Both the position numbers and the translations under genes were made by a program. DNA of 64,000 bases from Lama glama (taxonomy: Eukaryota). Below, one piece after another: positions 23,201 to 32,136 of the stretch (positions are counted from its first letter, which is position 1; every line of letters begins with the position of its first letter). The notes below the pieces were generated by a model that saw only the letters and a list, made by a program, of their open reading frames with translations, made no database searches and was not told the origin of the DNA. The stretch lies in assembly GCA_028534125.1 (NCBI GenBank), contig CM052849.1, positions 20,460,001-20,524,000 of the forward strand, read 5' to 3'.

Positions 23201-26200
23201 CCTCTGGGCTGGATGCTGTCACATCAGGCCAGCCGGTGCCCGGCGCACCGGCGACAGCAGCTAACGTTGGGGTTCCTGCTTGGGGCCAGGTGTTGCCTTA
23301 GGCTCCATGCCTGTCACCTGACTGCCGCTCACAGGCAGGAGTGGGTGTTTAACGTTAACTCCGTCTCGCAGGTGCAGAAATGGAGGCACGCAGCCTCAAG
23401 TAACTTGCCCAGGGCTGCAGCTAGTCCCCACCATGCCACCGCGACGTGCGGCCGGGTCCAGGCTCTGCTTCCTGTGTGCTTCACTCTGCTTAGTCTGTGA
23501 GGGGGGCATAGAAGTGGATAAAACTGCTAAAGCAGCTTGTTTCTCGTGCATTAAATAAATGCCAGTTCAAATGAGAAGAGTAGTGGTCAGGCTGGCGGCC
23601 GGAGCCAGGGAAGGCCCGGTCCTTGGTGGGGGGGGGGGTCTTGCTGGACAGGCAGCGGCTCCCCGCTGTGGAGGGGATTCTAGGAGTCGAGCTGCAGTGT
23701 GCACACCATCTTCCCCCACGGTCCTGTTCCTGTTGTATCCTGAAGGAACAACAGAGCAAGCACAGCGATGAGCGTGCAGACTGGTGTGTCAGGGACGTCA
23801 GAGGCAGCGTAAGCCCCCAGCACTGAGACGGCCACTGTCCGCAGTGGGATGGTCGGCCGCCCTGAAGCACGGCTCTTGTGAAGGGAAGAGACCCGTTTCA
23901 CATACTTGCACAGTCAGAGGCAGATACGGTCTGCTGGGCTGCAGGTCATCTGCGCAGGCTCACGGCTTGCTTCTGTTCTGTGTATTTTCTGAGGTAGTCT
24001 CGGGGTTTTGTACATATGAAAATGGATCTACTTCCATTTTCCTTTTACACGGACAGCTTAGGGAGGCAAGTGGTAGGTAGCTGCGTGGTAACTGAGTAAC
24101 AGGAGGTGGGGTGGTGGGTGGGCCCCAGCGGGCCCCGGGCTGAGCGGCGCCGCAGCTGCAGGGATGGGAGTTGAGAGGCGGAGGAAACGTGGCGTGGCCT
24201 GGTCACCCTGGGGCGCAGGCTGGAGGGAGAGGTGGGGTCCCCAGCCGAGCGTGCACGTGCCCGAGGCGCGCAGGTCTTGCTGAGCCGCGTTCCCTGCGTG
24301 TGCTGGTGGTGACCGAGCCCCGGAGTCCTCCCGCGGTGAGTGGACCTCCTTGGCGACGCGTTGGCAGACGCGGAATCCTGAGTGTCTCTGGACTCCTCCT
24401 TGTTTTCCTGTCTAGACCCGGGTTCCCACTTCACAGCTGCAGGCGCAGGGGCAGCTGCAGGCCCAGGCACCCCAGCCGGCGCAGGTGGCGTTGGCGAAGC
24501 CCCCGGTGGTGTCCGTGCCCGCAGCCGTGGTCTCCTCGCCGGGCGTCACGACCCTGCCCATGAACGTCGCGGGCATCAGCGTGGCCATCGGGCAGCCGCA
24601 GAAAGCCACAGGTGCGTGTCACGTGCTCGCCCTGCACCCCTCTGCCCGCAGCCGCGCCCAGTGAGCGTGGCCGCCAGCTGTCTGGGGTGTCATGGTGCGT
24701 TTTAGCAGCAGTGTCCCTCAGTTCAACATTACCGTTCTCAACTCCCCGCACCTTGATCTGACGGTGAGCTGAGAGACGTTTTAAGTATCTGGTAGACATA
24801 AGGGGCGCGTCATTCATCTCAGCATTGTTCCAGTGAGGTTTTCGGTGCAGAAGTCAGTGAAGGGGAGCCCAGTGCCCGTCCTTAGCCTGGTGACTGAACA
24901 GCCTGACGGGGGTGTGCCCTGATGGGGGTGTGTGTGTGTGTCCTGACGGGGGTGTGTGCCCTGACGGTGGGGGGGTCCGCCCTGACCAGGGGTGGGGGGG
25001 AGGTCCACCCTGACGGGGTGGGGCTGGGGGCGGGGGTTGGGGAGCGCCCTGACGCCCGCCCGCCCTGACGCGTGTCCGCAGGGCAGACTGTCGTGGCCCA
25101 GCCCGTGCACGTCCAGCAGCTGCTGAAGCTCAAGCAGCAGGCCGTCCAGCAGCAGAAGGCCATCCAGCCACAAGCTGCCCCAGGCCCGGCCGCCGTCCAG
25201 CAGAAGGTACTGTCGGGGTCGGGCCGCTGCCGTGTCGGGGAGGCGTGGAGGTGGAGCGCATGGCCCTCCCGCACTGTCGGCCCCCACGCGCAGGAGACCT
25301 GTGGTCATGGGGAGGCAGTGGTCAATGAGACGGGGAGCCCGGAGCCCCGAGGGCCTGCGGGAACCGTAAGGGATGGGCTGTGGAATCGGGATTGGGAAGA
25401 GGCCGGAAGGATCGGGAGAGCAGCGGGAGCCCACGGGGTGTGGCCCTCCTGGGCTGGCCTCCGGCGGCATAAAGCCCACCGCACCGCGGGTGCCGTCTTG
25501 GTCCTTGAGTCGGGGGTCGTGCCTGAGCTGTTCTCTGAGCTGTAGCTGCACACGCCTCTCCCTGGGGCCGGGCCTCGGGAAACACACGCTCAGAGAAGTG
25601 AGGTGACTTCTGCGGTGGGGAGCACTTGTGACAGCAGACAGAAACGGGGCCTGGGTGTCGCGGAGGCCCAGCGAACGTCTGAAAGAGGAAAGAGGACTAG
25701 AAGGGCTTTGGCCGAAGTACTTGTCTGTACGTTCACGTAACTTGAAATAAAACTTTGGAGCCGTGGAAGAATTTCCTTACGTGCAGTGGCTTTGTAAACC
25801 CCTGTGCAGGCCGCATGTGTGCGTGCCTTTCTGAGCAGTGTTTAACTCTCCTGGCAGAGGAACTAGAAATTAGGTTAAACATGCAGAGACCGTGCAGGTA
25901 GGTTTGTTAGTCTTCGTGCTGTTTTGGGGCATGTGGTAAGTTCTTAAAATGTGATTCGAGATGTATGTGTGGCGCTCACTCACCCCCATGGTGAGCAGAC
26001 CAGGTGCCTGCAGGGGGCGGAGCGCCGACCCCGGCTGCGAGGGGGCCTGGCAGAGGCGGCACTGCGGTGGGGGGCTGCAAGGCCCGGGAGAGGGTAGAGG
26101 GCGGGCGGGAGCCGGCGGATGCCTGCGTCTCTGAGGAGGGGCCTCTCACCTGGGTTCTCTCTCTCTCCCCCCACAGATCACCGCCCAGCAGATCGCTGCT

Positions 26201-29200
26201 CAGGGCCAAGCTCAGAAGGTCACCTATGCTGCCCAGCCAGCCCTTAAAACCCAGTTTCTCACCACGCCCATCTCCCAGGCCCAGAAGCTGGCAGGGGCTC
26301 AGCAGGTGCAGACGCAGATCCAGGTGAGCCAGAGCGGAGTGGGGGGGTGGGAGGCAGACACGCAGACACGTGGGCGCTGGGCGGGGAGCAGAGCAGGTGG
26401 CCGCCGCAGACTAGCACTCCTTGAGGGCATCGTGGAAGCCTGACAGCCTCGCCACGCGGGCTGCTGGGGCCTGCAGGGTGGCCTGGGGGCCCGGCTGAGG
26501 TCACACTGAGGCGGCGGCCCTTGTGCTGGCGAGGCTCCTCCCGGGGTCGTGGTCATCCCTCTGCTTTGGCGGGACGCCCGTGCTCTGCTCCTGGCTGGGC
26601 CTCCCAGCACTGCATGCGGCCCCTAGCCGGTGTGGGGAGGTGGTGCGCACGTGCCCCCTGCAGTGGAGCTGTGCTTCTTGGGACGACTTGGGCAATGCTG
26701 GCCCAGCGCCGCGTCTGTCCCAGGTGCACACCTTCAGGTCTGTGTGCTGCGTGTCCCCTGGTCTGTCGCTTTTCTTCTCGCTCACTGTGCGGTGTCTGGA
26801 CACGTAGAGGTCCTTAGCTTGAGGGCATTGGAATTCATCACTTTTTGTTTCTGAAGAGTGTTTTTTAAGTGTCTGGCTTAAGAAGTTCTTCCCAAGGTCA
26901 TGGTGACATTTCCCTGTGTCATTGTCTAAAACCTTTATAACTTTGTTCGCATTCAGCTCTTTAACCTGCCTGAAGTTGGTTTTTGCAGATAATACAGAAG
27001 TAGTTCAGTTAAGTTTTCCATTTGAATGCCTGGTTTTTCTCACACTGCTTGTTAAGGAGTCGCCCCTCCTCTGACTCTCGGTGTGGCGGGCGTGAGCCAC
27101 ACCTGTCCTGCATGGGCTTCCCTCCTGCACCGCGGCTCTGGTCTTCGTCTTCGTCACGCTGGCAACGTGAAGGGACTCGGCAGCTCTCCTCCACCTGTCG
27201 GGAGCGTCCTGCTTTCCGGGCTGTCTGCACTTCAGTGTTGATTCTGAGTCCCCTCTTAAGTCTGCACGCCACAGTCAGAGCCGTTGGGGTTTCTGTTAGA
27301 GTCGCACTGAGTCTGTAGATCAGTTTAGGGGGCGTCGACGTTTTCAGAGTCGTGACTTCACAGTCACCAACATGATACACCGTTCGGTGTTTCGTTTGTC
27401 TTTAATGCCCTTTCATGAAGTTTTCTTACCTTTTCCACAAAGACCTGATGGCGTGTGTTGGAGTTGCTCCTGGGCAGTCGGCATTTCTGCTGCTCTCCCT
27501 GAGGGGCCTGTTTCCATCTGTCTGTCTCTCCCGTACTCTGATGTTCGCATCCCGCCGTCAGTTGTCCGCGGGCTCCTCCGCGTCCCTCTGGGTTGATGGC
27601 ACTGCCTGTGGGTCCCGGTGGCCAGCGTCTTCCTCCTCCTCCTTCTCTTCTCCGTTCTGTCTCGCTGTGCCAGGAGGCCTGCGGGTGCGTGACGGCGCAG
27701 ACAGGCCGCTGCCCCACACGCCTTCCCCGGGCCATTCTGCAGGGTCGGGTTTTTAAATCGCCCTTTGGCACACCAAGAAACTCCCTTTTCTGTCTGGTTT
27801 GCTGCAGGGTGGCATTCCTTTTGCTGTGGGGTCTGTCTTTTCACTAACCCTCTGTCTGCACCCTCCCAGGCAGGGCTCCCCCGTCTCCCAGCTGCAGCCC
27901 AGCCCGGTGCCCACGAGTCCAGGCCCAGGTCACAGCCGGTTGCCCTCCCTGCTCAGTTTAATCTGAGCTGCCTCTGAACGGGTCCCCAAGGCGTGAGCCC
28001 AGGCACCTGAGCCCCCCTCCAGCACAGGAAGTCCGACCAGGCCAGCCCCGTGGGCCTCCACTCTCTGCCCTGCACTCCAGGCCCAGCTGTCAGGGGCCTG
28101 TGGTGATGGGCTGGCGTGACCTTGCGGCGGGGCTGGCGTGGCCATGCGGTTGTCTTGTCCCCTCTGGGTCACCTTGGTGCTGCTGCGCCTGCCGACCTGT
28201 TCGGGCAGCTGCCGAGACAGCGCATCAGCCTGTCTCGGCCTGGCTGTGGCTTTGTTTGTTTCCCTTCTTATGTGAGATACTTTATTATGAGCTACGTGTA
28301 AATGGAAACTTTTATTATTTTGAAGAATGTCTGGTCCCCAGCCTGTGTTGCCCACACAGAGACCTTGGCGGCCCATGTGAGACTTCCCTGTGCGTCCCCC
28401 GCCTTTGCGTCTCTGGTCCGCGTCCCTGACTCTCGCTCTTCACAGAGGCGGCTGGAAGGTGGCGGCTGTCACTGGCATCCAGGGCCTTGGTTCTGGTCTC
28501 ACTTGACCCGTTGGCTCACCCTTGTGGGGGCGCCCAGTACAGCGTCCTGTAGCTCCCGTCCTGTTCGGGTTTCGGCTTCTTCTACTTGCTTTCCGTCCTT
28601 TCCTGCCTTCCCTTAATGCCGCTCAGGTATTTGTCGTTCTGTTCTTCCCTTCTCTGCTGCTTTGAAAATTACATGTTTCTTCCTGTCCTGTAAGCGCAGG
28701 TGCAGAGTTTCTCTGCCAAGCGGAGTGCACGCGGTTCCCGGCCCCTGGTCTGCTGCCCCGCCCCTTCCCCGGCCCCTGGGCCCACATGCTGCTGTGACCA
28801 TGCCGTACCCTCCTGTCCCATTTCATCTTCACTTTGTACATAAAACTACTTTTCTTCTGTTTGAGGTACATCCTTCGGAATTTCCTGTAGTGTTGAAAAT
28901 GCCTGTGTCTCACCCCTGCTCCTGAAAGGTGCTGATTCTGTTAGACCTTTACCTCCTCCACATGTTAGCAGCCCCGCCGCGTCCCGTCCTGCTTACCTGG
29001 TGGGTGAGACGCCAGCTGTTTGCCGCCTGCTGCTGCCTCGACAGTCGTCTTCCTCCCTCTTGCCTTTTGACGTCTGCCCTTTGTCTCTGGTGCCTTGTCA
29101 GCCCCGGGGTGCTCCAGCTGGGTTTGCTGATCTTCTGGAATCTGGGCATTGGCTTCTTTCATTGTTAGGAAGTGACCAGCTGCTGCGTCTTCAGATGCCG

Positions 29201-32136
29201 CCTCTGCCCCCTTCCCGAGCCTGCCTTCCGCGTGTCCGGGCTTGTCCGTTTCCCTTGCCGTGTCTCTGCTGCACCCTGAGTAATGTCCTCCAGCCCACGC
29301 CCCTGCGTTCTCTTCGGTCACATCTAGTCTGCTGTTAAGCTCGTCCATGGAATTTCGATTGTGGTGATTATAAGTATTTTATTCTGAGGCATTCTGTTTG
29401 TCTTTATCTCAAATCTGCTTTGCGTCTGCAGTTCCTTGTTCTGCCCGCGTTTTCAGGCCGCACAGAGTGGCACACTGCGTTGTGTGTGCCTGGTAACTCC
29501 TGTTGGAAGTCGTGATGCATCTGATTTTACTTTTTTCTACCGTTCTTGCTTCAGGACCTCTGGGGGTTTTGTCTCTGTCGTAGTTGTTTTCTCGTGAGCT
29601 GGTTTTCCTTGAAGTTCTGCTTGTGGCAAGGCTCTGAGGTCTGGGTTGAAGGTGGGTTCTTGCTTCTGCTGGGCTCCCATGAGCACGCTGGGGACCACGT
29701 CAGCTTTGGTATCTCTCAGTCCAGGTCTCCTCCTGCCCTGCCCGGCCCTGGCCCGAGGCAGGCGACTTTCTCGCAGACCTTTGAGTGACAGGATCACAGC
29801 TGCGAGGGGTGTCGCATGGCCCTCCCCTTAGCTGCTCCTGAGAGCAGGTGCAGACTTGGTCTCTTGTCTGCCGCCCTGGGAGACTGTGAACCCCGGCGCA
29901 AGGCTCCCGCGCAGCACGTGGGGCGCCCTCCGCGTGGCCCAGGTCCCTGCTGTTGCTCAGGGTTTGGAGCCCGGAGCTCTGCACTCATGCAAGTTATCGA
30001 TGCACTTAAGATGTCACCTTAGTCTTATCTGTGGTGTCTCAGCTTTTCAGTGGCTGCCAGTCTCAGGTGTGGCCCTTGAGCCTGCGGTGGTGTCTGCTTC
30101 CCATCAGAGGAACGCGCGGGGCTCAGCCAGGTGTTCTCCTCGCCTCAGTGAATCCGGTTTACAGGATTTTAAGTTACGATAAACTAGTGAATGGCTTCTG
30201 ATTAACCTCAGTTTCCATAATGAGAACTTAGTTGACTCAGAGCTTGTCATTTACATAATGCAATTTCACATGTTCTCCAAGTTATCTTGGGCAAGACTTT
30301 ATTTCCATCCCTGTTCTATCGATTAGTAGACCCGGGGTGGGGGGTGGCTTCGCGGCCTCCAGCACCTTCTGCGATCCGGTGCCCCCGCAGCCCCGAGGGG
30401 GCACAGTGGCCCCTTATCACATCAAGGCAGCGATGTATGCTTGTCTGCAAAAAGTGACCACAGGGTGGGCAGTTCTGCTTTCTAAGGGGGAAGATCTCAA
30501 TCATGATGAAGAAAAACGTAGAAAAATGATACAATAACAACTTGAACATTTTGGCACACCTGCGGATGAGGGCCAAGCCTTGGTATTGGTCTGAGCCAGT
30601 TCACGGTGGGGGCGCCTCCTGGAACGCCCGCCACCCGGACTTGAAGATGAGCTGCTGAAATATCTGACTTCCTCTTCAATTGAATTCTCTCATGTCAACT
30701 TCGAGTAGTTTTTGAAAGAAAAATGTGACGATCTGAAACATGAGGCCAAAGATGAGCTTCCAGTTACGTGTGATTACGGATCAGGAAGGCGGTTGCTGTT
30801 TGGCGTGAAGGTGGACTGACCGGCCCTCCCGGGCTCCGGGCAGTGCACCTTGAGAGGAGCTCCTTTGTGTCACCTGACCCTGGTTTATTTGGGGTTTTTT
30901 GGTGTTAAGAACCGAGAAGTATTTTGAATTCCGCATTTGGCTTTTCTTCTGTTTTGTCAAAGGTCGCGAAACTTCCTCAAGTCATGCAGCAGCAAACGCC
31001 CGTGGCCGGCATCCAGCAGGCGGCCTCCGCTCCCCAGCAGGTAGGACCCGGGCTCGCGTGGCTCTTGGGAAGTCCCCACAGTTCTGGGTGTCCAGCCAGA
31101 GGGGGTCAAATCTGAGTTATTAGAAAATCACTTTTGATTTTCACAATACAGAAAAAAAGTAACTTTGGGGAAAACACTTGATATCCTTAGACTAGCAAGA
31201 AAAAAACCAAGCAGATGTGCACAGATGCAGTGTCACGTGAGCTGCAGGGGCTCCTTCAGTCGCTCATCTCAGGTGCGTCCTCTCGGCTGAGGCCCCTCAC
31301 CTTCGTTCTGGGAAGACAGAGAGAGGACACAGTGCTCGCAGCAACTGTGGGTCTAGGAGTGGAAGTGCCCGGGGCAGCGTGGCTTCCAGCTTCTTACCAT
31401 TTTACTTGCTTCTCCGAAATGTGACTGTGTGTAAAAGTAGTGCTTTAACATAATTTACAAAGCGTGTGCTTAGCGTACCTGAGGTCCTGGGCTCAATCCC
31501 CAGCACTTCTGTTAAAAAAAAAAATTTAAATTTGCTCAAAATCACACTGGCATATAGATTTCAAGAAACCATATAGTGTTAAAAACTGACCCCACCCCCA
31601 GCCAGTCCCCAGACGCCAGCCTGGGCCTTCTCCCAGAGGCATCTGCTTTTAGTGTAAAAGCAACAATAGTTTAGTTTTACACTTTTGTTTGGTTGGAAAC
31701 CAGAGGTCGTATTTTGAGACATCGGCAGTTTTTACGTTTCACAGAGGCATTTATGCCGGTGAAGTTGCTGAGACTCGTCCCCCAACCCCAGGAATGTTTA
31801 ATTTGTCATGTCAGGCACATCACTTGAGCTACGTTTTCTAGGCCACGTGTTTCTGTTTTGGGTCAGGCTTCTCCGCAGACCGTGACCCTCACCCAGGCGT
31901 CGGCAGCTGGACAGCAGGTCCAGATGATCCCTGCGGTGACGGCGACGGCGCAAGTGGTCCAGCAGAAGCTCCTGCAGCAGCAGGTGGTGACCACGGCGGC
32001 CCAGCTGCAGACCCCCGGGGTGCCCACCCCGGCCCAGGTGCCAGCCAGCTCCGAGAGCCCCGGCCAGCAGCCCAAGCTCCAGATGAGAGTCCCTGCCGTC
32101 CGGCTGAAGACGCCCACCAAACCTCCCTGCCCCTAG
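2053..32136 (+). CDS. EP400: EP400 (E1A-binding protein p400, SWR1/INO80-class ATPase), 3' portion: helicase C-terminal lobe, SANT/Myb domain, polyQ and Q/P-rich tail; 26 coding exons, 5' exons lie before the window
   Basis: All exons are bounded by AG/GT and phases chain to 1300 codons ending TAG at 32134-32136. Exons: 2053-2255, 2338-2507, 3854-4050, 5480-5591, 5689-5832, 8038-8178, 8388-8471, 8756-8890, 9086-9130, 9394-9547, 9713-9954, 10062-10235, 11081-11217, 11351-11407, 13242-13320, 13445-13696, 14518-14563, 14637-14746, 20356-20563, 20694-20869, 22456-22674, 24416-24611, 25082-25206, 26177-26323, 30963-31040, 31867-32136. Recognised peptides include ELRLVQFDSGKLEALAILLQKL, DAKAQEWCDRIGR, EWLISEDWALLQAVKQLLELPLNL and QPKLQMRVPAVRLKTPTKPPC. 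Confidence 0.97.
2338..2507 (+). CDS. EP400: EP400 exon (GKLEALAILLQKL...SEQRQ)
   Basis: cctag| ... CAG|gtgag. Confidence 0.95.
3500..3632 (+). ncRNA. SNORA49: H/ACA box snoRNA SNORA49 (ACA49), intronic in EP400
   Basis: Hairpin 1: ccctcag 3502-3508 pairs with ctgaggg 3552-3558, and cagggcact 3517-3525 with agtgccctg 3536-3544. H box ACAGGA at 3560-3565, then a second hairpin closed by gagc...gctc, and ACA at 3627-3629 three nt from the end. Sequence and host gene match human SNORA49 as recalled. Confidence 0.88.
3854..4050 (+). CDS. EP400: EP400 exon (ELMRTFNRD...DVHIYR), helicase C lobe
   Basis: cacag| ... ACAG|gtggg. Confidence 0.95.
5480..5591 (+). CDS. EP400: EP400 exon (LVSGNSIEEKLLK...FLTQ)
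   Basis: cgtag| ... CAG|gtacc. Confidence 0.95.
5689..5832 (+). CDS. EP400: EP400 exon (RTIQELF...RPFIE)
   Basis: tccag| ... GAG|gtaag. Confidence 0.95.
7140..7700 (-). mobile_element. Degenerate L1 fragment
   Basis: T-rich antisense sequence resembling L1 ORF2/3' end; boundaries approximate. Confidence 0.5.
8038..8178 (+). CDS. EP400: EP400 exon (ALKSIEHLEED...ADFMGQ)
   Basis: ctcag| ... CAG|gtttg; not in the ORF track, read by hand. Confidence 0.92.
8388..8471 (+). CDS. EP400: EP400 exon (LTPIEKYALNYLE...SSE)
   Basis: aacag| ... GAG|gtaag; read by hand. Confidence 0.93.
8756..8890 (+). CDS. EP400: EP400 exon (GTMLTAVQEW...LTYTREDAYSA)
   Basis: gccag| ... GCG|gtagg. Confidence 0.92.
9086..9130 (+). 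CDS. EP400: EP400 exon (EYVCEGADGQTEVMP)
   Basis: cgcag| ... CCG|gtgag. Confidence 0.92.
9140..9390 (+). repeat. C-rich low-complexity repeat, CCCCAT/CCCCTT-like
   Basis: Fills almost the whole intron 9131-9393. Confidence 0.85.
9394..9547 (+). CDS. EP400: EP400 exon (LWTPPTPPQDD...KTDPS)
   Basis: tgcag| ... TCAG|gtggg. Confidence 0.95.
9713..9954 (+). CDS. EP400: EP400 exon (AGRKKKQRH...DWALLQ)
   Basis: ctcag| ... CAG|gtgag. Confidence 0.95.
10062..10235 (+). CDS. EP400: EP400 exon, SANT domain (AVKQLLELP...REEGR)
   Basis: cctag| ... AGG|gtgag. Confidence 0.95.
11081..11217 (+). CDS. EP400: EP400 exon (SKNNRPLRT...PPIKPL)
   Basis: tccag| ... CCT|gtacg (weak donor, phase 2). Confidence 0.92.
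11351..11407 (+). CDS. EP400: EP400 exon (LGMNPFQKNPKHASVLAE)
   Basis: tgcag| ... AAG|gtatt. Confidence 0.93.
12798..12897 (-). mobile_element. tRNA-derived SINE, Vic-1 type
   Basis: A box CAGCTCAGTGG and B box GGGTTCAACCCC on the minus strand. Confidence 0.78.
13242..13320 (+). CDS. EP400: EP400 exon (GINYDKPLPP...AKEKK)
   Basis: tttag| ... AAG|gtgtg. Confidence 0.94.
13347..13407 (+). repeat. 23-bp G-rich tandem repeat, ~2.6 copies
   Basis: GGAGGGCGGGGCTGGGGGTGGGC units. Confidence 0.85.
13445..13696 (+). CDS. EP400: EP400 Pro/Gln-rich exon (ALADQQKAQQ...SAAVL)
   Basis: cgcag| ... CTG|gtgag. Confidence 0.93.
14518..14563 (+). CDS. EP400: EP400 exon (AGAIKTSVTGTSMPT)
   Basis: ttcagcag| tandem acceptor ... 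CGG|gtaag. Confidence 0.88.
14637..14746 (+). CDS. EP400: EP400 exon (AVSGNVIVNTIAG...GALT)
   Basis: tgcag| ... ACC|gtgag. Confidence 0.94.
15230..16750 (+). mobile_element. L1 ORF2 3' end and 3'UTR, degenerate
   Basis: tggatcacagacccgaatgtaaaacccaaaactagagaacttctagaagaaaacatagg is a typical L1 ORF2 segment. Confidence 0.75.
15881..16069 (+). mobile_element. Full-length Vic-1-type SINE with TSD, nested in L1
   Basis: GGAGGGTATAGCTCAGTGGTAGAG...GTCCTGGGTTCCATCCCCAGTACCTCC, A-rich tail; TSD aaagagtcttcag 15868-15880 / aaagattcttcag 16070-16082. Confidence 0.88.
18965..19184 (+). mobile_element. MER8-like TcMar-Tigger MITE
   Basis: TIRs cagtcgtccct... / ...caagggtcagctg followed by TA; internal aaaatccacgtgcaggtggacccgtgcag. 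Confidence 0.75.
19550..19668 (+). mobile_element. tRNA-derived SINE, Vic-1 type
   Basis: AGCTCAGTG...GTCCTGGGTTCCATCCCCAG...AACCTAATTACCTC; flanked by acatgg. Confidence 0.78.
20356..20563 (+). CDS. EP400: EP400 exon (TSGGSAPAQ...QVSQ)
   Basis: tccag| ... CAGG|gtaag. Confidence 0.94.
20694..20869 (+). CDS. EP400: EP400 polyQ exon (TGVQLPGK...GKLTP)
   Basis: tccag| ... CCG|gtgag. Confidence 0.94.
20753..20779 (+). repeat. Pure (CAG)9 encoding the EP400 polyQ
   Basis: Directly counted. Confidence 0.95.
21510..21697. mobile_element. MER3/MER33-like hAT-Charlie fragment
   Basis: cacatttcaagggcacagtggccacggtggctg...gcattggccagcccag resembles the MER3 terminus. Confidence 0.5.
22456..22674 (+). 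CDS. EP400: EP400 exon (EHLIKMQKQK...QVARL)
   Basis: ttcag| ... CTT|gtaag. Confidence 0.94.
23270..23470 (-). mobile_element. MIR
   Basis: caggtgcagaaatggaggcac..aagtaacttgcccaggg core. Confidence 0.6.
24416..24611 (+). CDS. EP400: EP400 exon (TRVPTSQLQ...QPQKAT)
   Basis: tctag| ... ACAG|gtgcg. Confidence 0.93.
24902..25070 (+). repeat. Degenerate tandem array of CCTGAC(G) plus G-run, 8 copies
   Basis: Copies at 24902, 24918, 24942, 24960, 24981, 25009, 25048, 25064. Confidence 0.8.
25082..25206 (+). CDS. EP400: EP400 exon (QTVVAQPVH...AVQQK)
   Basis: cgcag| ... AAG|gtact. Confidence 0.93.
26177..26323 (+). CDS. EP400: EP400 exon (ITAQQIAAQ...VQTQIQ)
   Basis: cacag| ... CAG|gtgag. Confidence 0.93.
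26780..27460 (-). mobile_element. L1 ORF2 fragment
   Basis: Minus-strand PPKLIYRLSA resembles L1 LPKLIYRFNA. Confidence 0.65.
28200..29550 (-). mobile_element. Old L1 ORF1 fragment
   Basis: Minus-strand MDELNSRLDVTEE, ORF1 coiled-coil-like. Confidence 0.6.
30963..31040 (+). CDS. EP400: EP400 penultimate exon (VAKLPQV...APQQ)
   Basis: caaag| ... CAG|gtagg. Confidence 0.93.
31464..31525 (+). mobile_element. 5'-truncated Vic-1-type SINE
   Basis: GTGCTTAGC..GAGGTCCTGGGCTCAATCCCCAGCAC plus poly(A). Confidence 0.7.
31867..32136 (+). CDS. EP400: EP400 last coding exon (ASPQTV...TKPPCP*)
   Basis: gtcag| ... TAG stop. Confidence 0.95.
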   Translation, partial: ASPQTVTLTQASAAGQQVQMIPAVTATAQVVQQKLLQQQVVTTAAQLQTPGVPTPAQVPASSESPGQQPKLQMRVPAVRLKTPTKPPCP

